Positions 13,836 through 25,645 of a stretch of DNA of 64,000 nucleotides are shown piece by piece. A program made the position numbers and the translations under genes. Source of the DNA: Raja brachyura (lineage: Eukaryota); contig OY740813.1 of assembly GCA_963514005.1 (NCBI GenBank), positions 22,444,001 through 22,508,000 on the forward strand. Direction: 5' to 3'. Position 1 is the stretch's first letter, and each line of letters begins with the position of its first letter. The notes below the pieces were generated by a model. It saw nothing but the letters and a program-made list of their open reading frames with translations, was not told where the DNA came from and searched no databases.

Positions 13836-15418
13836 CCAAAAGTACTATTGCTTTGCAGAAATAGTAGAGAATAGTTTAAGTGGTATTACATTTGACAACT
13901 ACCAGCTATGAGGAAGGGTCCAAATATCATCAGAAGTTCTGATGTCTGACTTAACACTTTGCAATACAACTTTGTCAGAAAGGCCTCCGAGAGTCGGGTT
14001 CCAGGATATGCATCCTCTATGATTTTATCAATGATCTGCTCGGGACAGCATGGATCACTCTTGCTCAAATGGATCGTCCACAGCTCATGTTTTCCCACAA
14101 CCTGATGGAGATCTGCTCAGTGCTCAAGCTCTGGAATACAAGACAGTCTGACTGTCTTCTAAATTAAATTTTAGCTTTGTATGTTTCTTTGTCACCTTCC
14201 CCTCACTAATACTGATCGACTCTACATTTTCCCTGTACCTCATCGCCTTTGATGTCTCATTTTCACACCTTACCCTTTCATATCTCTGTGTCTCCCTCAT
14301 TTGTAAAGTAATGATACACCAATACCATCACCATGGACATTATTCGGGAGAGTCCAATCACAGTCATAAAGCTATTTGATATGTTTGTTAGAAATATGTA
14401 GTAACTGGGCCGTTTTATTTCATTTTCAGTATTTAGTTTTTACGTATCACATCCGACGATGGCCCTGTTTCTTTGTACAGTAACATTCAATAATCGTCAA
14501 AGAATCAGCAAATGTACAATAATTGTTACCAGAACATAAGTTAACAGTCTGTAATTAACAAAAGGATTGTATACTATTTTTCGGACATTATACATTATTT
14601 TACCTTCATCCTCATTAAAAAAAAACACTTCATACAACTTTATTTTCTCCACAAAGCAACGTACACACATTAAAACAAATAAGTTGCAAGGATCCAACAA
14701 TGTAGATTTAAGAAACTAACTTCAATTTTTGCATGATCTAAAATATATAGCAACTCTTTTTCATAATCAGTCTGGTTAAAACAAAATCAAGTGGAAATAT
14801 TTACACTCAAATTTATATGAAGCCAATTATGAAGCCAGTTTTAATTCTTGTTCTGGTAGTATGTTCCTGTTAATCCCTTCAGCACCAGACGATAGGAACT
14901 TCAAAGCCTCCTCTTTATTTGTGCATCATTTGAAAATAATTTCACATTGTTGTAGTACTCACTTTCTTACATTTATTTCATTATCATCTTACTCATTGAA
15001 TGCATTGCTGTGAACATTACTGTAAATTAAAATACTAGCCTATCCAGTCTGCATAGGCATTACACATACAAAATGGTGCATTAATACATAAAGCACAATA
15101 GAAGAATATGCCATTTTATATCTTTACTGTAAGTAAATAAGCAATGCTAAGTGTAGTGCAGAATTAAACAAGTCTTTGTTCTTTGCTTTGAAAAAAAAGT
15201 ATATTGCCCAATGTAAATCTAAAACCACGACACACAGATGAACCTCATAATCAGAGGGTCTTGGTCCCCAAGACAATGCACTTAGGACTGACCCATCAGT
15301 ATAATGACCTGTTGGGAAAGGATATGAGAATCGTGCCTGTCAGCCAAAATGTGCTATTTGTCCCAAAGCAAAGGCTAGTGTGGTTTTCAGTGGTTGTATA
15401 TACAGTTTGCTGTCTCAC

Positions 15419-15538
15419 CTTAGGAAGCAGGAGCAAGTCTTAGCCCCAGAAGATAAGCGACAGAATCCAAACCTCTGCTTGCTGTCAATGTCAGTGAGTA
15501 CAAACGTAAAGTTCTGGCCAACTTGACTGACTGTAAGG
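15419..15538 (-). CDS. DENND1A: DENND1A internal coding exon (human exon 5 equivalent), uDENN region, 120 nt, phase 2-2
   Basis: Minus strand reads ttgttctctttttcag|CCTTACAGTC...TTCCTAAG|gtgaga. Translation is (S)[39 protein letters not shown](S), matching recalled human DENND1A [41 protein letters not shown] and not the DENND1B version. It joins the upstream exon in frame (AG+C = Ser). Confidence 0.97.
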
Positions 15539-16271
15539 CTGAAAAAGAGAACAAAGCAGATGAGTATTTTCAACTGACCACAAGATAAAGTTGTCTAAGC
15601 AAATCATGTCACTGAACCAGCACAACTGAACTCCCGGCAGGAATTTGTTTTCAGGAAATAAATGGACATATACCATGCTTTTCCTTACACAGGGCAACAG
15701 ATTGATCTAATGGGAGGCCAGAATTTGTTAATGTAAGTCTAACCTCTTTTTCTTTCCAATCTCTTCATATTAAAACCAACCTTCTTGACTATCCTTTCTT
15801 CTGCAATTATTTCTCTTTCTTTACACTTTTCTGTTGAATTTTCTGGTTAATATTATCTTCCCCTCACTGCTTTTATTTTTCATTAGTTCTTCGCTCTGCC
15901 TGTAGCTAATCTGTGCACTCCGTGTTCCCTAATGTTTTCTCTAATTAGTGCTCTGTATTTCTCCATCTTTTAATTCTAAGTCACCATTACATCCAACCCT
16001 GTCCGTCAACTATCAAAGTTACAGAATTTGGGTCAGGCTGTCAATTAGAATGCCACAAACATGCTGCTGCTAGTGCTATTGCCAGGAACATGTTGCAAAC
16101 ACATTTGAAAATTAGTCTTCAACGATATTGGAAATGACAGAGATCTCCCATCGCACAAACAATGAACGTTGCCTTTCTTTGCTGAACCCCAAGGTCATTT
16201 CCAGCAAACACAAGAACATGTGGACGATACAAGCAGGCATTACAAAACCAAACGCTATTTTAAACATGAGC

Positions 16272-16470
16272 AAAGTGTAGAGCTGAAGTAATTCAGCAGG
16301 TCAGGCAGCGTCTGTGGAGAGATGTTGCGGGTCGGGATCTTTCTTCAGACCCAACGTTTCGACCCGAAACATCGCCTATTCCTGTTGTCCATGGATACTG
16401 CCTGACTTGCGAAGCTAATCCAGCACTTTGTGTTTTGCTCTAGATTCCAGCATCTGCAGTTCCTTGTGAC
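16272..16470. mobile_element. Penelope-derived fold-back unit
   Basis: caggtcaggcagcgtctgtgga...ttcttcagac faces cgacccgaaacatcgcc...ctgcctgac...gcatctgcagttcctt. Confidence 0.78.
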
Positions 16471-16959
16471 ACTAATTTAAAGTTTCTGTGACTCACACCT
16501 AAATATTACTTAATTCACTACCTGCTGTCAGCTACACAATTTAATTCTAACCCAGCTGAGAGAACTTCCCAATGGTTATGCCAAAAACACAATCAAAAAG
16601 GCAGAGTAATCAAAAATCAAGCATGCAAGTTGCATATTAAATATTAATATTGCCACTTGGGATGTTCATTATTCCTGTAAAATAGAGCTTTAAGAAACAG
16701 TAAATGTTTAAATATCCACAATGCTTAAGAGCAGTTCTTTTCAGATCAGTCGCTCATGTAGGCTACACTGCAATGTTAAAATCTGAAACTAAATAGTTTC
16801 GCTGTCACTGGATTGCAAACATAAAAGTAGTGATATTAAACCAGCACCTTACATAGTAGAGATGAATTATACAAAAGAGCACATGATTGTTGCATACCCA
16901 TTGTTGCTAGTTGACAGCATTCCAATACCTCGATATCTCCAATTTAAAATTCTAAAAAT

Positions 16960-17352
16960 CAGTCTGAAGAACGGACCCAACCCAAAACTGTCTATTTCCC
17001 TCCACAGACATTGCCTGTCCTCGTGGAGTTCCGCCAGCACGTTGTTTACAGCTTAACATTTTAGAAATACAGCATGGAAACAGGCCCTGCAGCTCACCAA
17101 GCCAAGACCGACCACGCGTTCACGCCAACCCACAATCATCCGTTCGCACTAGTTCTATGTTATCCTACTTTCTCATCCACTAACTATGCAACTTACTGGG
17201 ACCAATCAACTTAAAATTCCACATGTCTTTGGGATGTGGGAAGTAAACTGGAGCATCCAGAGAATACCTACACAGTCGCAGGGAGAACATGCAAACTGCA
17301 AGAACACAGACAGCACCCGAGGTCAGGATCAGTTATGCCATTGTGCCACCCT
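16960..17352. mobile_element. Penelope terminal fragment (+) followed by a SINE (-)
   Basis: agtctgaagaacggaccc; then agaaatacagcatggaaacaggccc...cagacagcacccgaggtcaggatc. Confidence 0.72.
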
Positions 17353-18497
17353 TCATGAGACTGTGTTCATTCTCTTCCTTGTATTTGAATGTCATAACTG
17401 AATGTTTCTCCTACGCCGCAGACATTTCTCACCAATCTCCCTTAAATTTCCATTCCTCCCATGAGCAACGTGTGCACTTTTCCTTTGCCCATTTTGTTCA
17501 ATTGTTCACTAGTAGAATACCCTTAAAGCCCACCTCCTCCATTCAAACTGCAGTGTGACCCTTAACAACACCTTCTCCTGTGGCTCAGTATAGATCGTTA
17601 GACAAGTCTGGTGGAATGCTGTTTCCATATGAAAGATCAGCATCAATGCAAGCTTTTTTGTTTGAGCAGCAGCCTTGGTGTGGGTGATGGAATGTTTTGA
17701 GTGATGGATGATCAAGGAAAGATGCAAGTATTACAAAACACACATCAGAACTGAAATGGTAAGAATGAATACATTTAACATACTGAGAAAACTTCAGAGT
17801 CCATGTTTTTTCTTCCGGAGAACAACAAATATAATGGCCAAGAGCAAAGATGAAATAAAGAGATGGTGAAACATCTAATGGAAATACTGAAATAATTTCT
17901 CAAGCTGTGTTTTCATCACTCCTGTGGTTCCACAGGCAGAGGCTGCACTAATATCTGACCACAAAAGTAATTTCAGAAAGTAATATTGGTCAATTTGCAA
18001 TACCCATGATATATAATGTTGGCAAACATTAATGGGGAACTCGGACAAATTTTCAAACTAATGAGCTAATTTTAAATTTTTAGTTGAGAATAAACTGACC
18101 AGGTGTAAATGTAACAATCTTTTTATTATTGGATTGAGATTCAGTTCACACTGGTCGGAAGATATTTAAGATAAATATATTTTAATGACACAGTATCAGC
18201 CAATATTTAAAGTTGAGACTGCATGAACAATGAAACAAACCTACCAAAGTTAAAGACTATTTACAAGGTAAATATTAAAAATCAAAAAGCAAAAAACAAA
18301 CTTCTGGAGAAACTCAGCAAGTCAAGCAGCATCCATGGACAGATAACATTCGGGATCCTTCTTCAAGACTGGAGTAGAATAAATAGAGTTGATAGATAGA
18401 GGTGAGGCAAGGGATGGGGCAAGAGCTGACAATTGATGGATGGATCCAGGTAAAGTAGGGTCAGATAAGGATAAGGGCTGGAGGTGATGTGAAGAGT

Positions 18498-19335
18498 GGG
18501 CGGCGCGATTCGCGTCGCAGCGGCCTCTGCAATCCGTCTGTCTTTTTTGTTTGGTCTCGTTTGAGTGTAGTTAGTTAGTGGTTTTTTTTAACTGGATGTG
18601 TGTGAGATGTGGGGGGCGGGGTGGGGGAAACGTTTTAAATCTTTTCCCTGTACGGAGGACCCAACTTTTCTTCTGTTGGGTCTCCGTTGTCGTTGGGGCC
18701 TAGCACCATGGAGCGGCCTCCAACCAGACCTGGGGCTGCAGTCGCGGAGCCTGCAGACCATCGTGGAGCTGGCCGAGTTAGGAGCGGGAGGAGCTGTGGT
18801 GGCACGCTGCTGCTGCCCGACCCTGGAGATTCGGAGGCTCCAACTGCAGGCCGGTGGACAGTGACACCGGGAGCTCACGGGTCCCTGGTGGGAGACCGTT
18901 TTTCGGAGCTCCCGTGGCGGTAACTTCTCCCGCCCGAGATGCGGGGTTGAAAATGAACTGGAGCGGGGCCTTACATCGCCCAACGCAGCTTTAATGGCCA
19001 CGGGACTTGCTAGCACCCGCCGGGGGCTCCAACATCAAGACCCGGAGCGGAGCCTTGCATCGCCCGGCGCAGCCTGAATGACCACGGGACTTATTTACCA
19101 TCGCCCGCCGGGGGCTTTGACTCTGACATCGGGAGAAGAATGGGGAGTGCAGGGGAGAGATACGACTTTGCCTTCCATCACAGTGAGGAGATTCATTGTG
19201 ATGGATGATTGTGTCAATTGTGCTGTGTCTTGGTTCTTTTCTTGTGTGTATGACTGCAGAAACTAAATTTCGTTTGAACCTCAATGAGGTTCAAAAGACA
19301 ATAAATGGTATTGTATTGTATTGTATTGTATTGTA
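18498..19335 (+). mobile_element. GC/CpG-rich non-autonomous retroposon with (ttgta)n tail (Rex1-type 3' end)
   Basis: No coherent ORF; ~84-bp internal tandem duplication at 18961-19113; ends gacaataaatgg(tattg)n; related 3' end at 50510-50680. Confidence 0.65.
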
Positions 19336-19446
19336 AGAAGATAAACGTTGCAGTTTGTAGAATCTGATGAGAAAGCAAGGCCAAGAGTGAAACACAGAAC
19401 CATAGGGAGGTGTGGTGGCAAACTGGGTAAACATAGATAATAGGTG

Positions 19447-20482
19447 TAGGTATGTTACAAAACTTACCTTTACCGGCGCTGCACTTCTGCCGCTCCCCGT
19501 GTGCGCGACTTTCGCGCCTTGCAGAGGGGGGCGGACTTAAAGTGCCGTTTTTCCACAGGCCTGGATAATCGATGAATGTCGGGCGATTTGGTTGCTGAAG
19601 AAAAATCGCTCCGACATTTCATCAATGGTGGTATTTTTAAATTACTCTAGATTATTTATTAACTAGAGTACTTTAAAAATCACCTTCAAAAGCCGTGAGC
19701 ACTGACAACCGGAAGCATTTTGCGTAGGGGAGAAAAAAAGGTAAATACTTTATTTTTATATTAAAAGTTGGTTTTTTGGGAGGCATTAATAATATTTTTA
19801 TGTTGCGAAATGGGGTCCCCAAAAAATGTATGAACCCCCAGTATTTTTCCCCCCCGACTTCACCGCTAACCGCAACGTTCTAATCCACCGCATTCCACTA
19901 AAACCCACTCGCTAGTTGATTTAAATGGCCATTAATTTACAGGAATCAAACACTAAATTCCTTCCATTTGGCCCAGAAATTCATGAAAATTAGATTTAAA
20001 AATTATGTTATATTGTGGATTATTGTGTGAATGTTATTTGGACACTTAGGCAATTTTTAAAAAGTTTATCTTTTCTTAAGAAATTGATAGATGTTTAGGT
20101 CTACTCATTGAATTTTGTAATTAGCTACAATTAGATAACTAACTAATTATATGCTTTAATTTCAGGTAATCCAAGTAAGATTGTTTAATATTTGTTTCAG
20201 AATGCTTCAATCTATAATAACTGAAAATTTCATTGAGTTCTCTTAATTTTTAAGAATGTTATGGACTTTTAACTTTTCCAGATCACAGCTTTTGAGTTAA
20301 GTCAATTGAAAGGCAATGGGAAGCAAGATGCTCATTTCCGAGTATGAAAATGGCCATAACTTTCTTAATACTGAAGATATGAAAGTAAATTAGGTGTCAA
20401 ATTAAACTTCTTTTTATGCTTTATCTGATGGGATAAATTGCAGACTTGATTTTTAAAATCTCAAAATTTTGTAACATTGCTA
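19447..20482. mobile_element. Non-autonomous DNA transposon (~1 kb) with 16-bp imperfect TIRs, inserted in a CR1 3' tail
   Basis: Left end TAGGTATGTTACAAAA versus right-end reverse complement TAGCAATGTTACAAAA; flanked by duplicated ataggtg; second partial copy at 41489-41816. Confidence 0.8.
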
Positions 20483-21879
20483 ATAGGTGTGGGAGTTGTA
20501 TATTCGGCCCTTCGAGCCAGCACTATCATCCAAAATCAATACCCCATTCCTGCCTTTTCCCCATATCCCGTTCCATTAGCCCTAGGAGCTATATCTAACT
20601 CTCTCTTGAAAACATCATGGAGGGTAATGAGCAGAAGGAGTAGGTGGCAGAGGGGAAAAGAACTGGAGAACTGGGGGATGGAGGGAGTGGAAAGAAAGGT
20701 GTCCCTGGGAGGACATGGGTAGATTTAATGGTTGGGGAAGAGAGTGAAGTTGCTTGAAAGTGAAGAATCCAATGTTCATGACACTGGGTTGCAGGCTACC
20801 CAAGCGGAATATGAGATGCTGTTCTTCCAGTTTGCACGTGGCCTTAGTGTGACAATGGAGAAGGCCGAGGATAAAATGAGGTCAATGTGGGAATGGGAAG
20901 GGAAATTGAAAAGACTTGAAAAAACGGGAGCACAATGTTCAGCAAAGTGGTCGCCTTGTCTATACTTGGACTCACCAATGTAGAGAAGGCCACATCAGAG
21001 GTACCAGATACAATAGATGAGTTCTCACCTGGAAGATGTGACTGGTGGTGGGACTGCATTCAAGTTGGCGTAAATGTCTGAAAATGACCTGCTGGTTGCT
21101 GAGGCTGACGAGGTGAAGAGTAAGGACTAGGAGAACTATATCCCCGTTCCATCTGGGTAGAATGGAGAGCAAGAGAATAAATGTAGAAAACAGAGGTGGG
21201 ACGGGTGAGGGCTTCATCGACAACTGTGTTTCCTGAAGAAAGAGCACATCTCCGATGTCCAAGTGTGGACAACCTCACCTTGAGAGCGGATGTGACAGAG
21301 ATGAGGAACAGCAAGAAAGGGATAACATCCTGGCAGGAGGCAGGGTGGGAAGCGGTGTAGTCAAGATAGCTCTGGAAGTGGGTGGTTTGTACTTGATATC
21401 TGTGATAGTTCAGCTCCTGAGTGGAGCGAGGTAAAGAAAGGAGAGAAAAGTGTTGTAGACAGTCCCAATGAATTTGAGGACAGGAAAGACATTATTGGTG
21501 AAGTTGATGAAATCAATGAGCATGGGTTCTGGAGGCAATCATCGATGTAGCAAAGAAAGAATTGGGGAGTGGCGCAAAGGTAGGTTTGGAACTAAAAGTT
21601 CAATGTAACCAAAGAAAAGACAGGCATTGCTGCTCATGGCTACACCGTCGATTTGAAGAAAGTGAACTGTGGATGGTAAAAACAAGTTCTGCCAGGCAGA
21701 GGAGTGTGTTAGTTGAGAAACTGATTGAGTCTCTAATCCACAGAGAAATGGAGGGACTGATGCCTTCCTGAAGAGAAAGTGTAAAGAAACTGATGGTAAA
21801 GATGAGGACGTGGGGGCCAAACCACAGGTTGTTTGAGTGGTGGAGAGTGTGCAAGACCCATAATGTATGCTCTTGGGCC

Positions 21880-23100
21880 ACTGAACAAATTAGCTCATAC
21901 CTCGACTCTACCTCGTCCTGTTCCTTCCCACTGGCATCGGGGACAGTTCAAATACTCTCCACCACTTCAACAACTGCCCCTCATCCCACCCTGGATTTGA
22001 GGATGGAACCCTCATCTGTACCTCCTCCGTTCCCCACAGTTCTGTTTTCACCCCACCTTCCCCAATGCAGAACAAAGATGGAGTTCCCCTAATCCTTACC
22101 TGTTACCCCACCTGCCTCTGCATCTAACACATCATTCTTTGACACTTCCGCCAACATCAACATGTTTTTTCTGCTTTCCACAGTGAACACTCTCTCCATG
22201 ATTTTTGGTTTGTTCATGCCTCCCAACCCACCCCTCCCCAGGCACTTTCCTCTTCACCCACAGAAAGTGCACCACCGGTCCTTAGACCTCGCCTCTCACT
22301 TCATTCAGTGTCCTAAACGGCCCTTTGAGATGAGGCAGAGATTCACGTGCACCTCCTCCGACAAGGGTGAGAGCCGGATCCGACCAAGCCACCACTTCAC
22401 CAAACATTGTCCGTCAAGGCCAGCTGAAGCTCTCATTTGGAAACCCTTCAATTCCCCTTCCCACTTCCATAGCGACCTGTCTGATCTTGACCCTTGCCAG
22501 AATGAGGCCACATGCCAACTGAGAGAACAGGACCTCATATTCTGCTTAGGTGGCTCACAAGCCAAGAATTTCAGGTAACAATCTCCCCATGCCCTCTCAC
22601 CACTCATTCTGAACCTCCAGGGTCTTCTCAAGTACACCTTTCTTTTCACATCCTCCGTCTTCCATTCCCTTTCCCCTCCTGAACTTACTCCCTTTCCACA
22701 TTGCCCAGCACAACCCCCCTCCGCATCCCCTATAACCTGCTCCCACCCTCCCATGTTCCCATCTACTCACCATCCCTTCCTCCTAGTTCCACACATCACT
22801 CCTCAGCTTGCATTCGTATCAGGATCCACCATCTTTATCCTCTGGTCTTCTCCACTTATCACCTCCAGCCTTGCTCTTGTACCAAACAATCCTTCCTTAA
22901 CTGGATGCAGTTATCACTTGCCAGCTCTTGCTCCATCCCTTTCACTCACCTCTTTCTACCCTTCTATCTCCACCCTATTCCAATCTTGAAGGGTCCCGAC
23001 CCCAACCTTTGTCTCTCCATTTCCCTCCATAGATTCCTTCCAGGTTCCTCCAGCAGTTTATGTTTCGCTCAAGATTCCATCATCTGCAGTCTCCCTCGTG
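21880..23100 (+). mobile_element. Decayed Penelope-like element, inverted relative to the adjacent copy, ending in a terminal repeat
   Basis: ORF 22162-22578 has FEMRQRFTCTSS and CQLREQDLIFCLG (PLE GIY-YIG region); pyrimidine-rich 3' region; ends gaagggtcccgaccc...catctgcagt. Confidence 0.8.
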
Positions 23101-23250
23101 ACGCCTCTTAACAATCACAGTCACTCTGGTCACTTTAACAACTGCAATGTCAATAACCCAAATTGTGAGGAAAAAACCCGCAAGACCATTAGCATTCGCC
23201 AGCAGATCGGACAGCAACATTCGGTTTCCAAAAATGCACAATTAAAGGCC

Positions 23251-23346
23251 AAAGGTAGACAAAAATGCTGGAGGGACTCAGCAGGTGAGGCAGCATCTAT
23301 GGAGAAAAGGAATAGGCAATGTTTCGGGTCGAGACCCTTCTTCAGA
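23251..23346 (-). mobile_element. Penelope terminal repeat with hammerhead-like core
   Basis: Minus strand 23345-23318 reads CTGAAGA-A-GGGTC-TC-GACCC-GAAAC-ATT. Confidence 0.8.
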
Positions 23347-25349
23347 TTAAAGGCCAAAATCAGGATGCTCCATCAGAAATTGATGGGTGTCAAGGGTTAT
23401 GGGGAGAAGGCAGGAGAATGGGGATGAGAAGAAAAGATATATCTGCCATGATTGAATGGTGTAGACTTGATGGGGCCAAATTATCTAATTCTGCTCACAT
23501 CATTTATGAATTTATGAAATTCAGTTCCACTCACCGAGAAACTCAGTATTGGAACATAAATGGTATTTACATAATGGAGATCCACTAAACTTACCAGATA
23601 AAGCTAGACTTCTACATTTAAATAGAAATGAAAACTTAATTGGACAGTAATCTTAATCCCTGATTAAGATGAACAACTCCAGCACTTAAAGTTAATTTTT
23701 GCTAAGGAAGAGACAGATTATAATTATTGTTGGAGTGTATTTAAAAATTAAAATTGTTTACTTTTGTCTCTTTTATTTGATCTTCTTTCATTCTTCTCCA
23801 CCATTTCGTATTCTTTACATAATTTGACAATGACTTAATTCTTACTTTACATTTTCTGGTTTAAATCGGAAAGGATTCTATAGTCTGGTTAGTTAAGAAC
23901 ACACACTCTTTCCTGGCGCTGTTTATACAGTTCTCAAGTCTCCTGCATAGAGAGCAATATATTTTGAGGCTCCAAATACCAAAAGTTCTCGTGCAAAAAG
24001 CCCTCAGAGGCTCTGTGGTGAATTTTTTGTGCCAAGAACTACTGCCGTTCATTTGCTACTGACCACAAAATCCAAGTCAACGTGTTACAAAAGCAGTTTA
24101 AGTAATTATAGAATAACTGAATGAAATTGTGACTTTCAATTTAAAGTGATAATGTGTATAGCAGAACTCACAAGAAGATGGAACGGAGATGCTTTAATGC
24201 GGAAAGTAGCAGATTATCCAAATGATTAGTTTAAAAAGTACTTAATATAAAATAGAAGATTATGCTACATATAACACCGGAACGATAGCCATTTAACACT
24301 TGGGATAATTTACTGAAGAAATGAAATAAAATGGAATAGCCCATGGAAAAGAACAGCAAGTCATCATTTTGTTATAAAGGCTTCCGAGGCTGAGATCAAA
24401 GGCTAAGTTTGCACCAGGCTGAAAAAAATTGAATCGTGACATTAAATTCTGCAAATGTGACAAAAGAATAAGAATATTGCCAATTCATTAATAGATAATC
24501 CGTAATTGCTTAGCCTCAAAAGAGTATTGATTGGAAATGGTGCGTTAAAAATTGAGCACAGAGGCTCTACAGAATACATCATAGTGATTTTCATGTGGAG
24601 ATCAAACAGGCTTCCAATAATTTAATTGGCTTTACACCAGCAGACACTGATAAACTATACACCAATTAAAAAATAAAAAGGATATACATTTTGCACCTTG
24701 TCACACATCTATTTTTAGTTGTTTTCCATTAGTGTTGTAGTTTCTGCACAATTTATTTCTGAATAAAGTCCAAGGTTTAAACATTTATATTTAAGTACAA
24801 CTTTGGGATTTATTATCACAGCTTTCACAGGCTATGGATGTTTCATAGCGGTTCACAGCCAATGGAATGCATTTGATGTGGTCACTTGCTATCTGAACGC
24901 AAGAAAGCAAGGTTTGGCAAATAGCAATGAGATAAATGGCGAGGCGTCTACTTTAATGATGTTGGTTGAGATTTAATTGTGGGCCAGGAAATGTGGAGAA
25001 GTGTCCAGCACTCGGGTGAACATTTAAGAGGTAAGTCACGGGAGCAACAGTGGGCCATTCAGTTGTTTGAACCTGTTCAAGGGTTCCAACTCAAAACAAC
25101 AAATCCATTTTCTTCAGAGATGTTGCCTGACCCAACATCTCTGAGTTACTCCCGCATTTAGTGCCCACCAATCAACAAGACCACGCCATCTTCCTCCTTA
25201 TCCTTCGATTCCACTTTTATTTCTAGAAATCTATCAATTTCAGTTTTGAATGAATCAATCAAACCTCCAAGAATCTCCAGGCTATAAAATTTCAAATATT
25301 CACCACCATTTGAGTGAAAAATCTCTCCACAAGTCAGGTTTAAATTGAG

Positions 25350-25645
25350 TGTGGCTTAGCAGCGTAGCTAGTGGAGCTACTGGTTCATAGTGCTATAGAC
25401 ACGGGTTACATCCTGACCTTGGTGCTGCCTGTGTGGAGTTTGCACCTGCTCCCCCTGACCACGTGGGTTTCTTCTGGGTGCTCCAGTTTCCTCACACATC
25501 CCAAAGACATGCGGGTTTGTCAGTTGATTAGCCTGATGTGTAGGGAGTATAAAAAGTGGGATAACATAGAATTAGCGTGAATGGGTAATCGAGCCAACAT
25601 GGACTAGGTGGGCCAAAGAGCCCGCTTCCATACTGTATCTTTCAA
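25350..25645 (+). mobile_element. V-SINE/HE1-like SINE (older subfamily)
   Basis: Degenerate tRNA head; body ggagtttgcac...ctccagtttcctcacacatcccaaagacatgcgggtttgt; CR1-like tail gggccaaagagccc. Confidence 0.8.

Larger units (their letters stand above)
1..15418 (-). other. DENND1A: DENND1A downstream intron (partial, more than 15 kb)
   Basis: GT donor at 15418. The expected next exon (YLPWFEVFYKLLN-like) was not found in 1-15418. Confidence 0.75.
18290..21880 (-). mobile_element. Decayed Penelope-like retroelement (RT and GIY-YIG endonuclease remnants) interrupted by nested inserts
   Basis: Terminal repeat at 18290-18370. 20730-21050 is homologous to the GIY-YIG region at 28340-28670. ORF 21539-21820 carries an F.QIDGVAM...ACLFFGYIE PLE-RT-like motif. 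Confidence 0.8.

Noticed and set aside
13886-14130. Protein-like minus-strand ORF (GKHELWTIHL...FGPFLIAG) 1.3 kb downstream of the 120-nt exon
   Set aside because: No similarity to DENND1A; each nearby AG acceptor gives an early stop when joined in phase 2 to the upstream exon.
23931-24017. AG...GT-bounded 87-nt open segment on the plus strand (FSSLLHREQYILRLQ...)
   Set aside because: Antisense to the host gene, weak donor, no recognisable homology or partner exons.
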